NCBI GenBank assembly: GCA_965235115.1
Contig: OZ249436.1
Coordinates: 18,044,001-18,108,000 of the forward strand
Source: Laetmonice hystrix
Lineage: Eukaryota
Direction: 5' to 3'
DNA: 64,000 nt
This document shows positions 1-12,808 of the stretch, piece after piece. Numbering within the stretch: the first letter of the stretch is position 1; the number at the start of each line of letters is the position of its first letter. A model generated the notes under the pieces. That model was not told the DNA's origin. It was given only the letters and a program-made list of their open reading frames with translations, and did no database searches. A program made the translations under genes and the position numbers.

Positions 1-2140
1 CTCTGTGAGCCACTGACGGCAACACACCACACACTATCCGCCTCACTCTGTGAGCCACTGACGGCAACACACCACATACTCTCCACCTCACTCTGTGAGC
101 CACTGACGGCAACACACCACACACTCCCCACCTCACTCTGTGAGCCACTGACGGCAACACACCACACACTCTCCACCTCACTCTGTGAGCCACTGACGGC
201 AACACACCACACAATCCCCACCTCACTCTGTGAGCCACTGACGGCAACACACCACACACTCTCCACCTCACTCTGTGAGCCACTGACGGCAACACACCAC
301 ACACTCCCCACCTCACTCTGTGAGCCACTGACGGCAACACACCACACACTCTCCACCTCACTCTGTGAGCCACTGACGGCAACACACCACACACTCTCCA
401 CCTCACTCTGTGAGCCACTGACGGCAACACACCACACACTCTCCACCTCACTCTGTGAGCCACTGACGGCAACACACCACACACTCTCCACCTCACTCTG
501 TGAGCCACTGACGGCAACACACCACACACTCTCCACCTCACTCTGTGAGCCACTGACGGCAACACACCACACACTCTCCACCTCACTCTGTGAGCCACTG
601 ACGGCAACACACCACACACTCTCCACCTCACTCTGTGAGCCACTGACGGCAACACACCACACACTCTCCACCTCACTCTGTGAGCCACTGACGGCAACAC
701 ACCACACACTCCCCACCTCACTCTGTGAGCCACTGACGGCAACACACCACACAATCCCCACCTCACTCTGTGAGCGACTGACGGCAACACACCACACACT
801 CTCCACCTCACTCTGTGAGCCACTGACGGCAACACACCACACACTCTCCACCTCACTCTGTGAGCGACTGACGGCAACACACCACACACTCTCCACCTCA
901 CTCTGTGAGCCACTGACGGCAACACACCACACACTCCCCACCTCACTCTGTGAGCCACTGACGGCAACACACCACACACTCTCCACCTCACTCTGTGAGC
1001 CACTGACGGCAACACACCACACACTCTCCACCTCACTCTGTGAGCCACTGACGGCAACACACCACACACTCCCCACCTCACTCTGTGAGCCACTGACGGC
1101 AACACACCACACACTCCCCACCTCACTCTGTGAGCCACTGACGGCAACACACCACACACTCTCCACCTCACTCTGTGAGCCACTGACGGCAACACACCAC
1201 ACACTCTCCACCTCACTCTGTGAGCCACTGACGGCAACACACCACATACTCTCCACCTCACTCTGTGAGCCACTGACGGCAACACACCACACACTCCCCA
1301 CCTCACTCTGTGAGCCACTGACGGCAACACACCACACACTCTCCACCTCACTCTGTGAGCCACTGACGGCAACACACCACACACTCTCCACCTCACTCTG
1401 TGAGCCACTGACGGCAACACACCACACACTCTCCACCTCACTCTGTGAGCCACTGACGGCAACACACCACACAGTCTCCACCTCACTCTGTGAGCCACTG
1501 ACGGCAACACACCACACACTCTCCACCTCACTCTGTGAGCCACTGACGGCAACACACCACACACTCTCCACCTCACTCTGTGAGCCACTGACGGCAACAC
1601 ACCACACACTCTCCACCTCACTCTGTGAGCCACTGACGGCAACACACCACACACTCTCCACCTCACTCTGTGAGCCACTGACGGCAACACACCACACACT
1701 CCCCACCTCACTCTGTGAGCCACTGACGGCAACACACCACACAATCCCCACCTCACTCTGTGAGCGACTGACGGCAACACACCACACAGTCTCCACCTCA
1801 CTCTGTGAGCCACTGACGGCAACACACCACACACTCCCCACCTCACTCTGTGAGCCACTGACGGCAACACACCACACAATCCCCACCTCACTCTGTGAGC
1901 GACTGACGGCAACACACCACACACTCTCCACCTCACTCTGTGAGCCACTGACGGCAACACACCACACACTCTCCACCTCACTCTGTGAGCCACTGACGGC
2001 AACACACCACACAATCCCCACCTCACTCTGTGAGGCACTGACGGCAACACACCACACACTCTCCACCTCACTCTGTGAGCCACTGACGGCAACGCACCAC
2101 ACACTCTCCATCTCACTCTGTGAGCCACTGACGGCAACGC
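1..2140. repeat. 45-bp minisatellite, ~47 copies, runs off the left edge of the window
   Basis: Unit CTCTGTGAGCCACTGACGGCAACACACCACACACTCTCCACCTCA recurs with a 45-bp period and only point variants. Confidence 0.98.
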
Positions 2141-2516
2141 TAGAAACTACATGGATTTTCCTTATATTTAGGACAAACATTATCCTCTATGCAGTAACCC
2201 ATTTTGGTATAAACCAAAGTGAAAACCTGATATCTACTTGGCCAGGCCGTTGGCCCATCCGGCTTCCCATTCACAGCACACCTTCTAACATGGTTACTTT
2301 ACGTCCACGGGTTTCCGTGAACTCGAGCCTCGACAATTTTTTAACCCCAAATTAACTCCTGTTTCACTCTGTCTGTTCCCAGTTTGGTTCACAGAATGTG
2401 TCAATCCTTCAGTCCTAACAAGGCACTGTGTCTCCACCTGGTGAGAGATTTGGTAATCAAGAAACTCGTGCGATGTCCTCCCTCTGTGTCCGTTCACTGT
2501 TTGGTCAACAGTTATA

Positions 2517-2839
2517 TTTACCTCCGCCAACCAAGTTGGAAGGAACCAATGTTTTCAGTCCGGTCTGTTTGTCTGTTTGTCTGTCTGTTCGCAAGATAAC
2601 TCAAAAAGTAATGAACGGAGTTTCATGAAACTTTCAGGTACGGTTCCAGAGAGCAATCAATTAGATTCATGAAACTTTCAGGTACGGTTCCAGAGAGCAA
2701 TCAATTAGATTTTGGGGAAGATCCGCATGTTTTCGTGGATTCAGGATCATTTGCCATTTCGTCACCATTGCGAGATAGGTCAAAATGGAGGACTGCTCTG
2801 CTTGGCGGAGGTATGCGCTCGACTGAGCGCCCTCTAGTT
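2517..2839 (+). mobile_element. Non-autonomous Helentron-associated (HINE/DINE-1-like) element
   Basis: Perfect 12-bp subterminal inverted repeat TACCTCCGCCAA (2519-2530) / TTGGCGGAGGTA (2802-2813); (GTCT/GTTT)n microsatellite at ~2563-2588; 3' hairpin GCGCTC-gact-GAGCGC (2815-2830) followed by CTAGTT. Internal 44-bp duplication at 2622-2665/2666-2709. This matches the known DINE/HINE architecture. Confidence 0.85.
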
Positions 2840-3136
2840 AGCTCCGTGGCGACTGTGTAGAATGGACTAATATTATGCATAATATTATCGTCTCAAATGC
2901 TTAGAAATCGTTACTGCAAAACTATGATAAAGTAGCAAATATGAACAAAAATAAAGACAAACTATATTTAAGTTGTTCGGGATGGAACGGCACTGCGGCG
3001 ACCGGAGTAAGGCGTGGACAGTTGTTACAGACACTGCTTGACGCCAATCTCTGATTACTTACAAATGTCAGACGGGACCGAACATTACCGTCACGGTACG
3101 GTATTGATCGGCACGGCACGGGACATATCGGCACAG

Positions 3137-3987
3137 CATTCGGAAAACCTCGACTCAACTTCCGGTCGCTTCGCTATATAGATGTGGTCTCGGGCCTCGC
3201 AAGCCGTAGAGATATGACGTAGATTCCACGGGTTTGGGCACATCACAACTCGCGTAGTGCGCAAAGTAGTTCATAGATCTTCGGTATTCGGCCTAACGCG
3301 GGATTGTTCATCGGGAAAGATGGATAATTTCCGAAGATTTGCAGTCTCCATCGTTCTCAGTAGCCGCGACACGTTCAGTTTTGCAGTATTTATGGAATCA
3401 TACGACTTTACCAGCTTGCATCGACATAAGAAAGGACGTCATGTGCCCGAAGGAATCCCCAGTGAGACAGCGCGTCCGTGGGACAAACGTTGACCTCCGT
3501 CTGACGATAAACAATGCCAATAGGAATGTCAACATCTAAAAAAATGTATCTATAGAGACCTGAATAGATTTTCTTTGACGTCTAATCTACCTGTCAGGGT
3601 ATATCGCCCATGATAACTTAAACCCCACAAAATTTGGTGGAAAGTAAAGATCCATGGCCCTGACCTTATCCCTAACCCCTAACCCCAGTCCCTACACCTC
3701 CCAAAAACATATCCCTATCCTATCCCTATCCCTATCCTTGACCTTAACCCTAACCCCTGCCCAAACATTTCGTGGAAAGTTATCATGGGGGAAGAACCCC
3801 TGTCGGAGGTATCAAGCTGAGATCTGCTTTCAAACAAGCCAGATACTGCTTGTCTTTCACCTTTTTCGGTGTGTCGGCCGTCGCCATTTTGACCACGTTG
3901 TGTCACGTGATAAAAGAAACTCCAACATGGTGACGCCGTGCGAAGGCCGAGAGGACGTCCCAAACAGTCCCGAGGTTGGTCGAATGG
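3137..3987 (+). mobile_element. Non-autonomous DNA transposon (MITE family A), complete copy, ~9-bp TSD
   Basis: Ends CATTCGGAAAACCTCG / CGAGGTTGGTCGAATG form an imperfect TIR. Flanking direct repeat TCGGCACAG at 3128-3136 and 3988-3996. Homologous copies at 41378-42107 and 42250-42535. Superfamily uncertain (an 8-10 bp TSD fits MuDR, hAT or P). Confidence 0.8.
3597..3799. mobile_element. MITE with telomere-like (CCCTAA/CCCTAT) interior and 6-bp TSD, nested in family A
   Basis: TIRs GGGTATATCGCCCATGATAACTT / AAGTTATCATGGGGGAAGAACCC; flanks CTGTCA (3591-3596) and CTGTCG (3800-3805). The paralogous family A copy shows the empty site CTACCTGTCAGAGGTATC at ~42011-42028. Confidence 0.85.
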
Positions 3988-3997
3988 TCGGCACAGA

Positions 3998-4088
3998 TGG
4001 GATCGGTATGGATCGGATCGGATCGGTACGGATCGGATCGGTACGGATCGGATCGGATCGGTACGGATCGGATGGGATCGGCACGGCG
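3998..4088. repeat. (CGGAT/CGGTA)n pentamer microsatellite
   Basis: Visible 5-bp period. Similar degenerate pentamers lie at ~3090-3136, on the other side of the family A insertion. Confidence 0.9.
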
Positions 4089-4426
4089 CTGAATACCGAG
4101 GCGGCCCCGAGAGTCGAGCCTCACACCACAGTGATCATTTCAAACTGTACTCCGAATCCAGCGGCATTCAAAGGCTCCCAAGCCGTGTTGGATGTGCCGC
4201 AGTTTTCGATACGGTTACAATCAAGTGGGCATCTACCATCACATCCCTGCTCCACACACAAACACACCCCGACTCACACAGGACGGGAGCTCTCAGCCGT
4301 ACACCCCACGCTTATATCTCCTTCAAGTCTGTGTCACTGTCACTATACAGAGAAGATCAAAATGTGGGTAAAATAAGCTGGTAGCAGTCGACTATGGAGC
4401 GGTGGTCAGTGTGGTGTAGATTAATT

Positions 4427-5169
4427 AGTGGATAAAGCACTGTCAGAGCCAGTCGAGACGTTGTTATGGCGAAATAATGCACGAGCCGAAGGCGAGTGCA
4501 TTATATCGCCAGAACAACGTCGAGACTGGCTCTGGCAGTGCTTTATTTACTTTAGCACACAACCTATAACTATAAACAATTCAAACAGTGCCAAAACTAC
4601 ACCCAGTTGAGCTTTTACCGGCGATTTCATTCAGCAACTGTGGCCACCACATCTTGTTTACATTCTGAGGTCGGGGGCCTCCCACAATGACCTTTGAACC
4701 GGCCGATTTGTACCACGCTTCACTATTGGTCGATCGTTATCACGTGACTTTCATTGACTTAGCGAGCCTATAAAAGGAGCTTTCTGATTGGACGGAACAT
4801 TAAGGCCATGCATTCAGCAATAGCGCCATCCCCTCTACTAGGCAAATGGACTCGGCGCGTCATTTAAACGATGTAAACAGAGTTCGCTGTGGGCATATCG
4901 AATCGAAACGACCCAACTGAACTATACAGACGGGTTTCTTCTCGTAATTCTATAACAACTGCGAAGTCTCAGCCATTAACACTCCATTAGTTGCTAGTTC
5001 TACCTATTGACAACCTTGAAGCGAGGACAGGCAAACACAATGAATTCGAATGAGCACCCTCTCCGATTGGTCAATTCATGACGCGTCATACCCGTGAATT
5101 ATGGCTCTAATAATTTCACGGTTTTGGGCCTATAACACACGCTGGGAGCAGCCAGGCGTGTGCTAATAA
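4427..5169. mobile_element. Putative unclassified non-autonomous element with a long 5' hairpin and a 3' hairpin
   Basis: 61-bp-arm imperfect palindrome at 4427-4551 centred on GCC-GAA-GGC; TTAGCACAC (4552-4560) is inverted at GTGTGCTAA (5158-5166); second hairpin at 5136-5162. The boundaries and mobile nature are inferred. Confidence 0.45.
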
Positions 5170-5870
5170 AGCATAACTCTGGCAGGCCCTGCTGGCTGAT
5201 AGCCTGGGGTGGATTAGATGGGTCACTGTGTCTGTTAACCATTCAAACAACCCTCAGATGGACGGCTGACGCTCAGACCACCGGGCCACTACAAGAAAAG
5301 GTGCTCCTCCCTAACACATTGTGAACGGTCTATTTATCATAGCGATAGAGAACTGTGCCAGAAATACAGTGAATAAAAGATCTATCTCTACGTCCTTGTG
5401 TCCATTCACTGCTTCAAGGGAATTGCTAGGAAACACACAATAGAACGGCTTTGGCAAATCCCTTTAGGAGACAGTCGATAGGACTATAAGCCAGAAGCAG
5501 TAAAACAAAATGGCAGAGATTGAAGCTGGCTTTTCCATTGCCACTAGGACATGAAAGCTTTTCTGCGTAATTGCAATCACTTAGAAAAAGCCAGTCGGAA
5601 CCTTTCCCAGAGTGATCAGTAATTTAATCAGGTTTACATACGGTTGGCAGCGGGAGGGGGGCAGACACAAACACGGCAGGTGCCTTCTTCTGATCTGTGA
5701 CAAATTGTCTCAAAGCTGGAAAAAAAGAATTGCACCTCTGTCAACATCAGCTAGCACCATTTCAAGATATGCACCGTAGTTGTTTTATATTTTTATGAAC
5801 GACAATGTAGAGTCACAGAGTGACACCGAACTCGAGTGACAAAGTCAGCCATTGTTGTGAATAAGCAGTA

Positions 5871-6245
5871 TCAATGTTGTGACCACACGGTGTCAATGTT
5901 GTGACCACACGGTGTCAATGTGTGACCACACGGTGTCAATGTTGTGACCACACGGTGTCAATGTTGTGACCACACGGTGTCAATGTTGTGACCACACGGT
6001 GTCAATGTGTGACCACACGGTGTCAATGTTGTGACCACACGGTGTCAATGTTGTGACCACACGGTGTCAGTGTTGTGACCACACGGTGTCAGTGTTGTGA
6101 CCACACAGTGTCAATGTTGTGACCACATGGTGTCAATATTGTGACCACACGGTGTCAATGTTGTGGCCACATGGTGTCAATGTTGTGACCACATGCTGTC
6201 AATGTTGTGACCACATGCTGTCAATGTTGTGACCGCACAGTGTCA
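5871..6245. repeat. 22-bp minisatellite, ~17 copies
   Basis: Unit TCAATGTTGTGACCACACGGTG, with occasional 21-bp variants. Confidence 0.97.
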
Positions 6246-6842
6246 GGTGAACGTGACTCGAACGCTAAAGTTTGTGGCCTGTGGGTAGCTGTGAGTGTTG
6301 ATATCGTGGCCGTGTATAACCCAGACACCGGGGGCTGGCCGCTGGTCGCCGGGCCCTGGCCGCCGGTGCCCCCCCCCCCCCCCCCCCCCCCCAACCCTGA
6401 CTGATGGTCTGTGGTCGGCAATTAATCAGAAGTGGTGTCTCGCCGCCAGCTGCCGTCGTATCCTCCCTGATCCATTCTCCTGGCGGACCCCGACATGCGA
6501 ACTCCCAATCCAACCTGCGAACTCCCAGTCCCACCGCCCGGCCTGTCATCTCCTTCGATGTGTCTTTGATGAGGACGAACGTCGTGACGGCAATGATTGC
6601 TGCATGCAGGTCGGAGAACTGAAACCGTCACCAACTAACAACGGTCAGCCTCAGTCACTTTTAATGGTTAGTGTCGATGGATTTCAACGGTTAACGTTCA
6701 CGGGTTTCAATGGTTGGTTTCAGTTTTAGTGGACGATCAGCCTCCGACACTTTTATTAATGGTTAGTGTGGCAATGGATTTCAACAGTTAACGTCCATAG
6801 AAGTCAAGGCCTGCCCACCCTCGCTGCCCACCCTCACTACTC

Positions 6843-6912
6843 TGCCTGCCCTGCCTGCCCTGCCCTGCCTGCCCTGCCTGCCCTGCCCTGCCTGCCCTGC
6901 CTGCCCTGCCCG
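6843..6912. repeat. (CCTG/CCCTG)n simple repeat
   Basis: Directly visible 4/5-bp mixed period. Confidence 0.9.
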
Positions 6913-9174
6913 CCATCTCCCAATGTCCAGTCTGAGAGTGTGCCCCTCAGCTCCGTTCTAGCATGGTCCAGTCGACGACACAAAAAGAAATTCCGACAGT
7001 AGATCTGTCCTGATGCTAGGTAATCCCCCGTTCGGCCCCTGGGCTATGTTTTAAGTTCCTCCCATCTTCGCTTGAAGCAGGCAGTATGGACGTGTCTTCT
7101 AGGCTCTCCTCTCCACCTGGTCGGGATGATAATGTATACTGTAAGATCAATGATACGCACCTCAAGACAGCCCCAATCAATGATCAAATTAAGCTTCGTA
7201 TATATCGACGGATATTAAGTATATTGGCATAAAAAGCGTTAATCAGCTGTGTATTGAAATATCCTGAAAACTGCAGCCCACTCCATCCCTCTAATGACAA
7301 GCCTGAGAAAAATTATAATGTCTGCCATGAAAAGTGTAGGGCCGTGCCTCGTTTTGTGATGATACAGTTCCTTTACAATAGTCAAGTCAGTATGTGAATG
7401 GTTTAACTACAACTTGCTGCTGGTTCATGTAATTAGTATAGCTTAAAATTAACTGTGATTGATTATCATGATCGTCTTTGTGTCCATAATGGAGTCTTAA
7501 TCCTGGTTTTATACTTCAACTAATTTCGCTAGCAGCGGTGTGATTTTCCCGGTGTTGGCAATGGTTGTCGAAGTTGTAAATCAGGCCAAACACAAACGGC
7601 TAACACAACGACAGCTTACCCATGTCACACATCCCCGCCAATTTACTTGTCTTATTCATGTGCTCGGCTTTCAAGGCAGGGACACTCTCAGCCAGAAATC
7701 AATGGATGTTGCTTGAAAAGTCATTAAAGTCATGCATCTAAGATTAAAGTATCAGCATGGAATTTAGTGGCACGCCGTTAGGCCACATTAATATCGCGCC
7801 AGCCGACATTTGTAGAATATGATCAATTCATCATCATACGCCGATTATACTGCCGCAGCGGGTCTCGACATCCCCAGGTCGCGTGAGCAAGCCACACGGA
7901 ATTTTTGAGGACGCCACATTGCATGGTTCATGAAGCTATATTGAATCCAGGAGAACAACATCGCATGTTTTAGAAATCCTCATTGGATGTTTGAGGAAAC
8001 TACGTTGGATCTTTGAAAGGCCACATTGAATGTATGACGAAGCCACGATAGATGCTTGAGGAAACAGTGTTTAGAGAGCCAAACTGTAGGGTCCATACGC
8101 TCAAGGAAGCCACATAGGAGTTTTGAGGAAGCCAAATTGGATGTTTCAGAAGTCCATATGAAATCATCAAAGAAGCCATTCAAATCATCGTGATGATTCT
8201 ATCTTTGTTTCTCATTCTATGTTGACTCAATATGCCATTAATTAGCAAACCTATACGTTTATATGCATGGATATATGTTACTGACTAAACGCCCCTTTAA
8301 CAAACTGGCCCGCTTCGTATACTTGCTGACTCATCTCTCAGTGTGAAGCCATGTATAGGGAAATGTTTTAATGTCATTGACATGATTGACAGCCCTTCAC
8401 TGGTCCGATTGATATGTCGGTCAGCTCAGATAGACATCACTTCCAGCCTCTGCCTGCTTGTATTTCAATGTGACCCTGTAACAACGTGGAAACGGGGGAG
8501 AACGAAATGAGCAGACATTTGTCCTGATGGAGCACAGAAAGAAAATGCCCTCTAGGCTCATGTTTGTCAAACCACACTGACTGCCTGAAAGAGGCAGCGA
8601 AGACAAGTCAATTAGACGGCTATCCTAAACTGGCATCAGCCAGGGCTAGGTCTCCAAGTCCCCACGTAATCTCTACACTGCCCGAGGAAAATAGTTTCAC
8701 CTTCCAGGGAACGAGCGTGTCTTGGTCTGCATGACTTTGTGATGGTTTGTGTATAAAGGCGTCTAACCTTGGGAGCTATACATACATACAATATCTCAGC
8801 ACGGCAGGCTGTGGTATAATCAACACATGATAGCAAGTACATGGACACCTTCAGCATACATTCTCGCCTGCCTATATTAATCAGCATGAAATTTGCAAAC
8901 ATCTTTTTTCTTCTTCTTCTTTGAGAGGCTATATAATATGATAAAAAAAGCATCATTATACTTCATGTTGATGGTGGGTAGAAGCATCAAACTCATTATG
9001 CAAGCAAGCAACTGTGGACTCCTTCAAACCGGCGCAGACCCGGCCCCATTCAATCTCATTTCCCTATATTCCACTCAAGTGCAAAGACACGGGGTCGGGC
9101 AGGCCATACATCTTTGGGCTTGTTTCATTTACGGCGGGGATCGGCCATCGGCGTCCGTAACGCACGTAATCACG

Positions 9175-10003
9175 ACCCCCCCCCCCTGCCCACCCGCCCG
9201 CCATGCCCCCCCCCCCCCGCACGGCACGCCTCAGGCCCTCCCACCATGCCCCCTACCCGCCCGCCCGCCCTACCTGCCCGGCCCGCCCCCTGTCCCCTAC
9301 CCGCCCGCCATGCCCCCCCCCCCCGCACGGCACGCCACAGGCCCTCCCGCCCTGCCCCCTACCCGCCCGCCCGTCCGCCATGCCCCCCCCCCCCCGCACG
9401 GCACGCCACAGGCCCTCCCGCCCTGCCCCCTACCCGCCCGCCCTACCTGCCCGGCCCGCCCCCTGTCCCCTACCCGCCCTGTCCCCTGCCCGCCCTGCCC
9501 CCTATACCCGCCCTGTCTCCCTACCCGCCCGCCCGGACTGCCCGCCCGCCCTACCTTCCCAGCCCGCTGCCCGGTCCGCCCGGCCCGCACGCTCGGCCCT
9601 CCCGGCCCCACTACCCACCCTGCCCCACTACCCGACCGCCCGCACTGCCCGCCCGCCCTACCCGCCCTGCCCTCCCCCCTATACCCGCCCTGCCCCCTCC
9701 CTACTCGCCCCACACGCCCGCCCCGCCCTATATACCCGCCCTGCCCCCTATATGCCTACCCACCCCACACACCCGCCCTGCCCCTTACCCGCCCGCCCTA
9801 CCCGCTCTGCCCCCCTATACCCACCCCGCATGCCCGCCCTGCCCCCTACCCGCCCGGCCCCCCTAGCCGCCCGGTCCGCCCCCTACCCGCACGGCCCGCA
9901 CGCCCCGCCTGCCCCGCCTGCCCCGCCCGCCCGGCCCGCCCCCTACCCGCTCGGTCCTCCCGGCCCGCCGGACCCGCCCGCCAGGCCCGCCCGGTCCGCC
10001 CCA
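9175..10003. repeat. Extremely C-rich low-complexity block (G-rich on the minus strand)
   Basis: About 830 bp built from CCCG, CCCTG and CCCTA motifs, with longer duplicated sub-blocks (ATGCCCCCCC..CGCACGGCACGCC three times at ~9203, 9310 and 9380). It explains the Pro-rich ORFs. Confidence 0.92.
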
Positions 10004-12808
10004 CTTTGGGCGCTCATTGTTTTCTTAACTCTACCATGCTCGATTTCAATCCTCTGCCGTTTGCCATCTCGTGGTCGGGAAGACGAAGACCGAGTTGTCT
10101 ACATGACTTTCTGCTGGGCGGTCCGTCTCTCTAAACTGGAAACACTGAGAATGTGGCCATAATACTCGGCGAGCAATTATAGCCATGACAAATAAATTCC
10201 TCCTCCTGATGGTTTGGGTGTGTGTTGGGGAGGGGGGAAGACCGATTTTTTTTGTGAAACCCTTTCCGTTTGAAGCTGTATATCCTGAGCCTTTCCAATT
10301 AACCTGTGGATCGGAATGCATTTTTGTTTCCTGCCGAGTTCTTGCATGCTGCCGATCCCCACTCCAATCACCATAGTAACCGTCTCCAATGGCGATGATG
10401 GAAGGATGGAGGGGGCAGTCGCGGTCATTAGAGCCACGATAAATGGTAACTTTGACCTCGTCTCTCATTATGCTGCGCGGGGGGTGGAGGACCCGTTATT
10501 TATAAACAATTCACCATGTCGCTGTCCATCTCGACAACAGTAGCAGTTCACCCCGCCGCTTCCAGGGGGAACCTCGAATAATCACTGCCTCCTCATATAC
10601 GTCCGGTACCACTACATCCGGGACACGATCCGCAAGGGGGCGCCACAGGTCGGGCTGCCCTGGCCCCACCTACCCCAAGGTCAAGGTCGGGGTCACCTTG
10701 TTGGGTCACTGGGCATTGATTGGCCCATGGCAGTGTTTGAACTGCCGATCAGACGGTAAGCCAGCACAATCTTCCAGAAAGGTCCCTGATCGGAGTAATG
10801 ATGGTCCGTATACATGAAGGGAATGTTGCGTGTAAAATGACAATAATGAACACCACTTGGTCCAAGTTAACACAACCCATGTTGGCCTACAGTTAAACCG
10901 AATTCAATAGAGCGTACCTTTAAAGAGACACCTGTAGACTCACTCGGCTCACCCACGATTGACTCTATCGCGTCATATCTCGGCTGTACGACGAAGGTCG
11001 CCATGCTGGTGGGTGGGTGGCTAGGTCGGGACCACTGACCCGGATGTAAACAACAAACTCGCGCGCTGCCGCCGTGCCGAAAATGTAGAACTCCCTAGTG
11101 TCGGACTTTACAAGGTCAGAATATCTGGGTTTCCTCCCAGGTGAAGAAGAGACTGTTTTGTCTCCACGATAGAAAATTCGAGAAGGATAGGTATGCTGAG
11201 AAATTATATTTGAACTAGGCCTATGTGCCTGTGCGTAGGGGTCGACTATTTACTCTCTGTGTTCATGTGCGACCGCTTTACACTACTTTGCACGAAAAAC
11301 GGGAAAATGGCCGCTTCATACATCCGAGGCCTGCTTCGCCTCCGGATATGACCTAGAAACAGCCAATCAGAAGCAGCGTCGGTGTTCTAGTGCTGTAGAC
11401 TTTCGTACCAAAAGGCGCCCTCTACTGGTTACGAAGATGCATCGTTTTTCATCGTTTTCCGTGTGTTGTTGAATATATTTTGCCCTTTACTTAAACTACA
11501 AAAGGGGGGGGGGGGGGTCCTGCTGCCTCTTGGAGACCGACAACGCCCGTTTCATAATAGTTCTCTAAGTATCCACTAGGTGGTTCATGATGTCAGCAAG
11601 TCTATAGGCCTACATAACCCCTTTAACAATCCAGATTCAAGTGGCCATCTTGTGGAATGTAATAAACCGGGGCAACCTACCTAAAACTAACCAGCACGAC
11701 AATAAAGCTCCTTTAGCTGTTCGACGGCATTATAGAAAAGTAATGCACGTGTTGTTTTGCAACACCTCAGATTTCATTACGACAAATGTGAGACAAACAC
11801 TTTAATGCCGTTCTTAGTGTTTCATTGTGACCGGTAGAGGGCAGCAGCACCTGTGGCGACACTTAGTCGCAAGCTGGTGCGCCCCACTAATATCCGGGGA
11901 GGTTGACGATCGGAAATGGCAGATTTGATGGGGTTTTGGGTAGCAATTGTGGTCATTAGCATACATGGGAAGGTGAGTGTATAATGAATAGGCCGGCAGT
12001 GTTCCTGCCATAATGGCACACCATATTACAGAGAGCACTGCCATTGTTAACACATGGCGGGGTGATTTAGAACGGATGTCGGTGGTGTAAAACGGTGAAT
12101 TGGCTTAATAGCACGAGCCGCATTTTCCGTGCCGCTGAAAGGAGGCCTCCGCGCCGGAAAATAGGACAAAGACTGCCAACCACGAGGCGTGCCGATACAA
12201 TGGACTCAAGCCAGCCTTAAATGTGAGAAAAATGTTTGGTAAAGGGTCGAGTCATGAGGCCCCCACCCCCTTCCTGGCTCCCCCCTCCCCCTCCGTGAAT
12301 CACCTTGATGATCGGAGGTTTCAAGACGGAACCCTTGAGAGAGAAATGGAGAGGGCAGGTTTCCTTAGTAACAGCGCGGGATCGTGTGGCAGACATCATC
12401 CCCCGGTATCTCACAGTAGTGGTGGACACTCTCCGATTCTGTTGTCGGTATCCAATGACAACCGATCTGCGCTTTAATCGTCGCGCTCTCTGAGGGCGTT
12501 CCTTTGACTAGCAGTGGAATTTGTTTGAGCGATATGAACCTTGATGTCGTCTGCTGGCAGAATGTGGCCAGCTGGTGCGTCCCCATGGTAAAATCGCAAC
12601 GCCATCTGGTGGTACGAACTGAACATCTATCACTAATCTTAGCCCCAAACCTAACCATAACCCTTCCCCTACAGACCTCTCCTATCCGTATCCCTGGCCC
12701 TGCCCCTAACTCTAACACTGCACCCCGTATCCCTACCCCTGCCCTAACTCAAACACCTACCCCGTATCCTTACCCCTACCGCTAACTAACACCCCGTATC
12801 CCTACCCT

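Noticed and set aside
1..2140. 45-bp array as a CRISPR array or coding repeat
   Set aside because: The units are head-to-tail with no unique spacers and no cas genes; open frames follow trivially from a stop-free 45-bp unit.
5752..5772. TAGCACCATTT resembling the start of miR-29
   Set aside because: The match stops after 11 nt and there is no complementary upstream arm to form a precursor hairpin.
6265..6729. GC-rich overlapping ORFs as an exon
   Set aside because: No recognisable motif in any frame, and the ORFs run through a poly-C tract.
8893..10162. Long proline-rich ORFs (413, 250 and 319 aa) as an extensin- or formin-like gene
   Set aside because: All three plus frames are open because the DNA is nearly all C/G, and duplicated blocks switch frames, so no frame is preserved.
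10924..11622. Possible further Kolobok-like element between TTAA sites
   Set aside because: The ends AGAGACACCTGTAGAC and reverse complement AGGGGTTATGTAGGCC match too poorly, and there is no second copy in the window.
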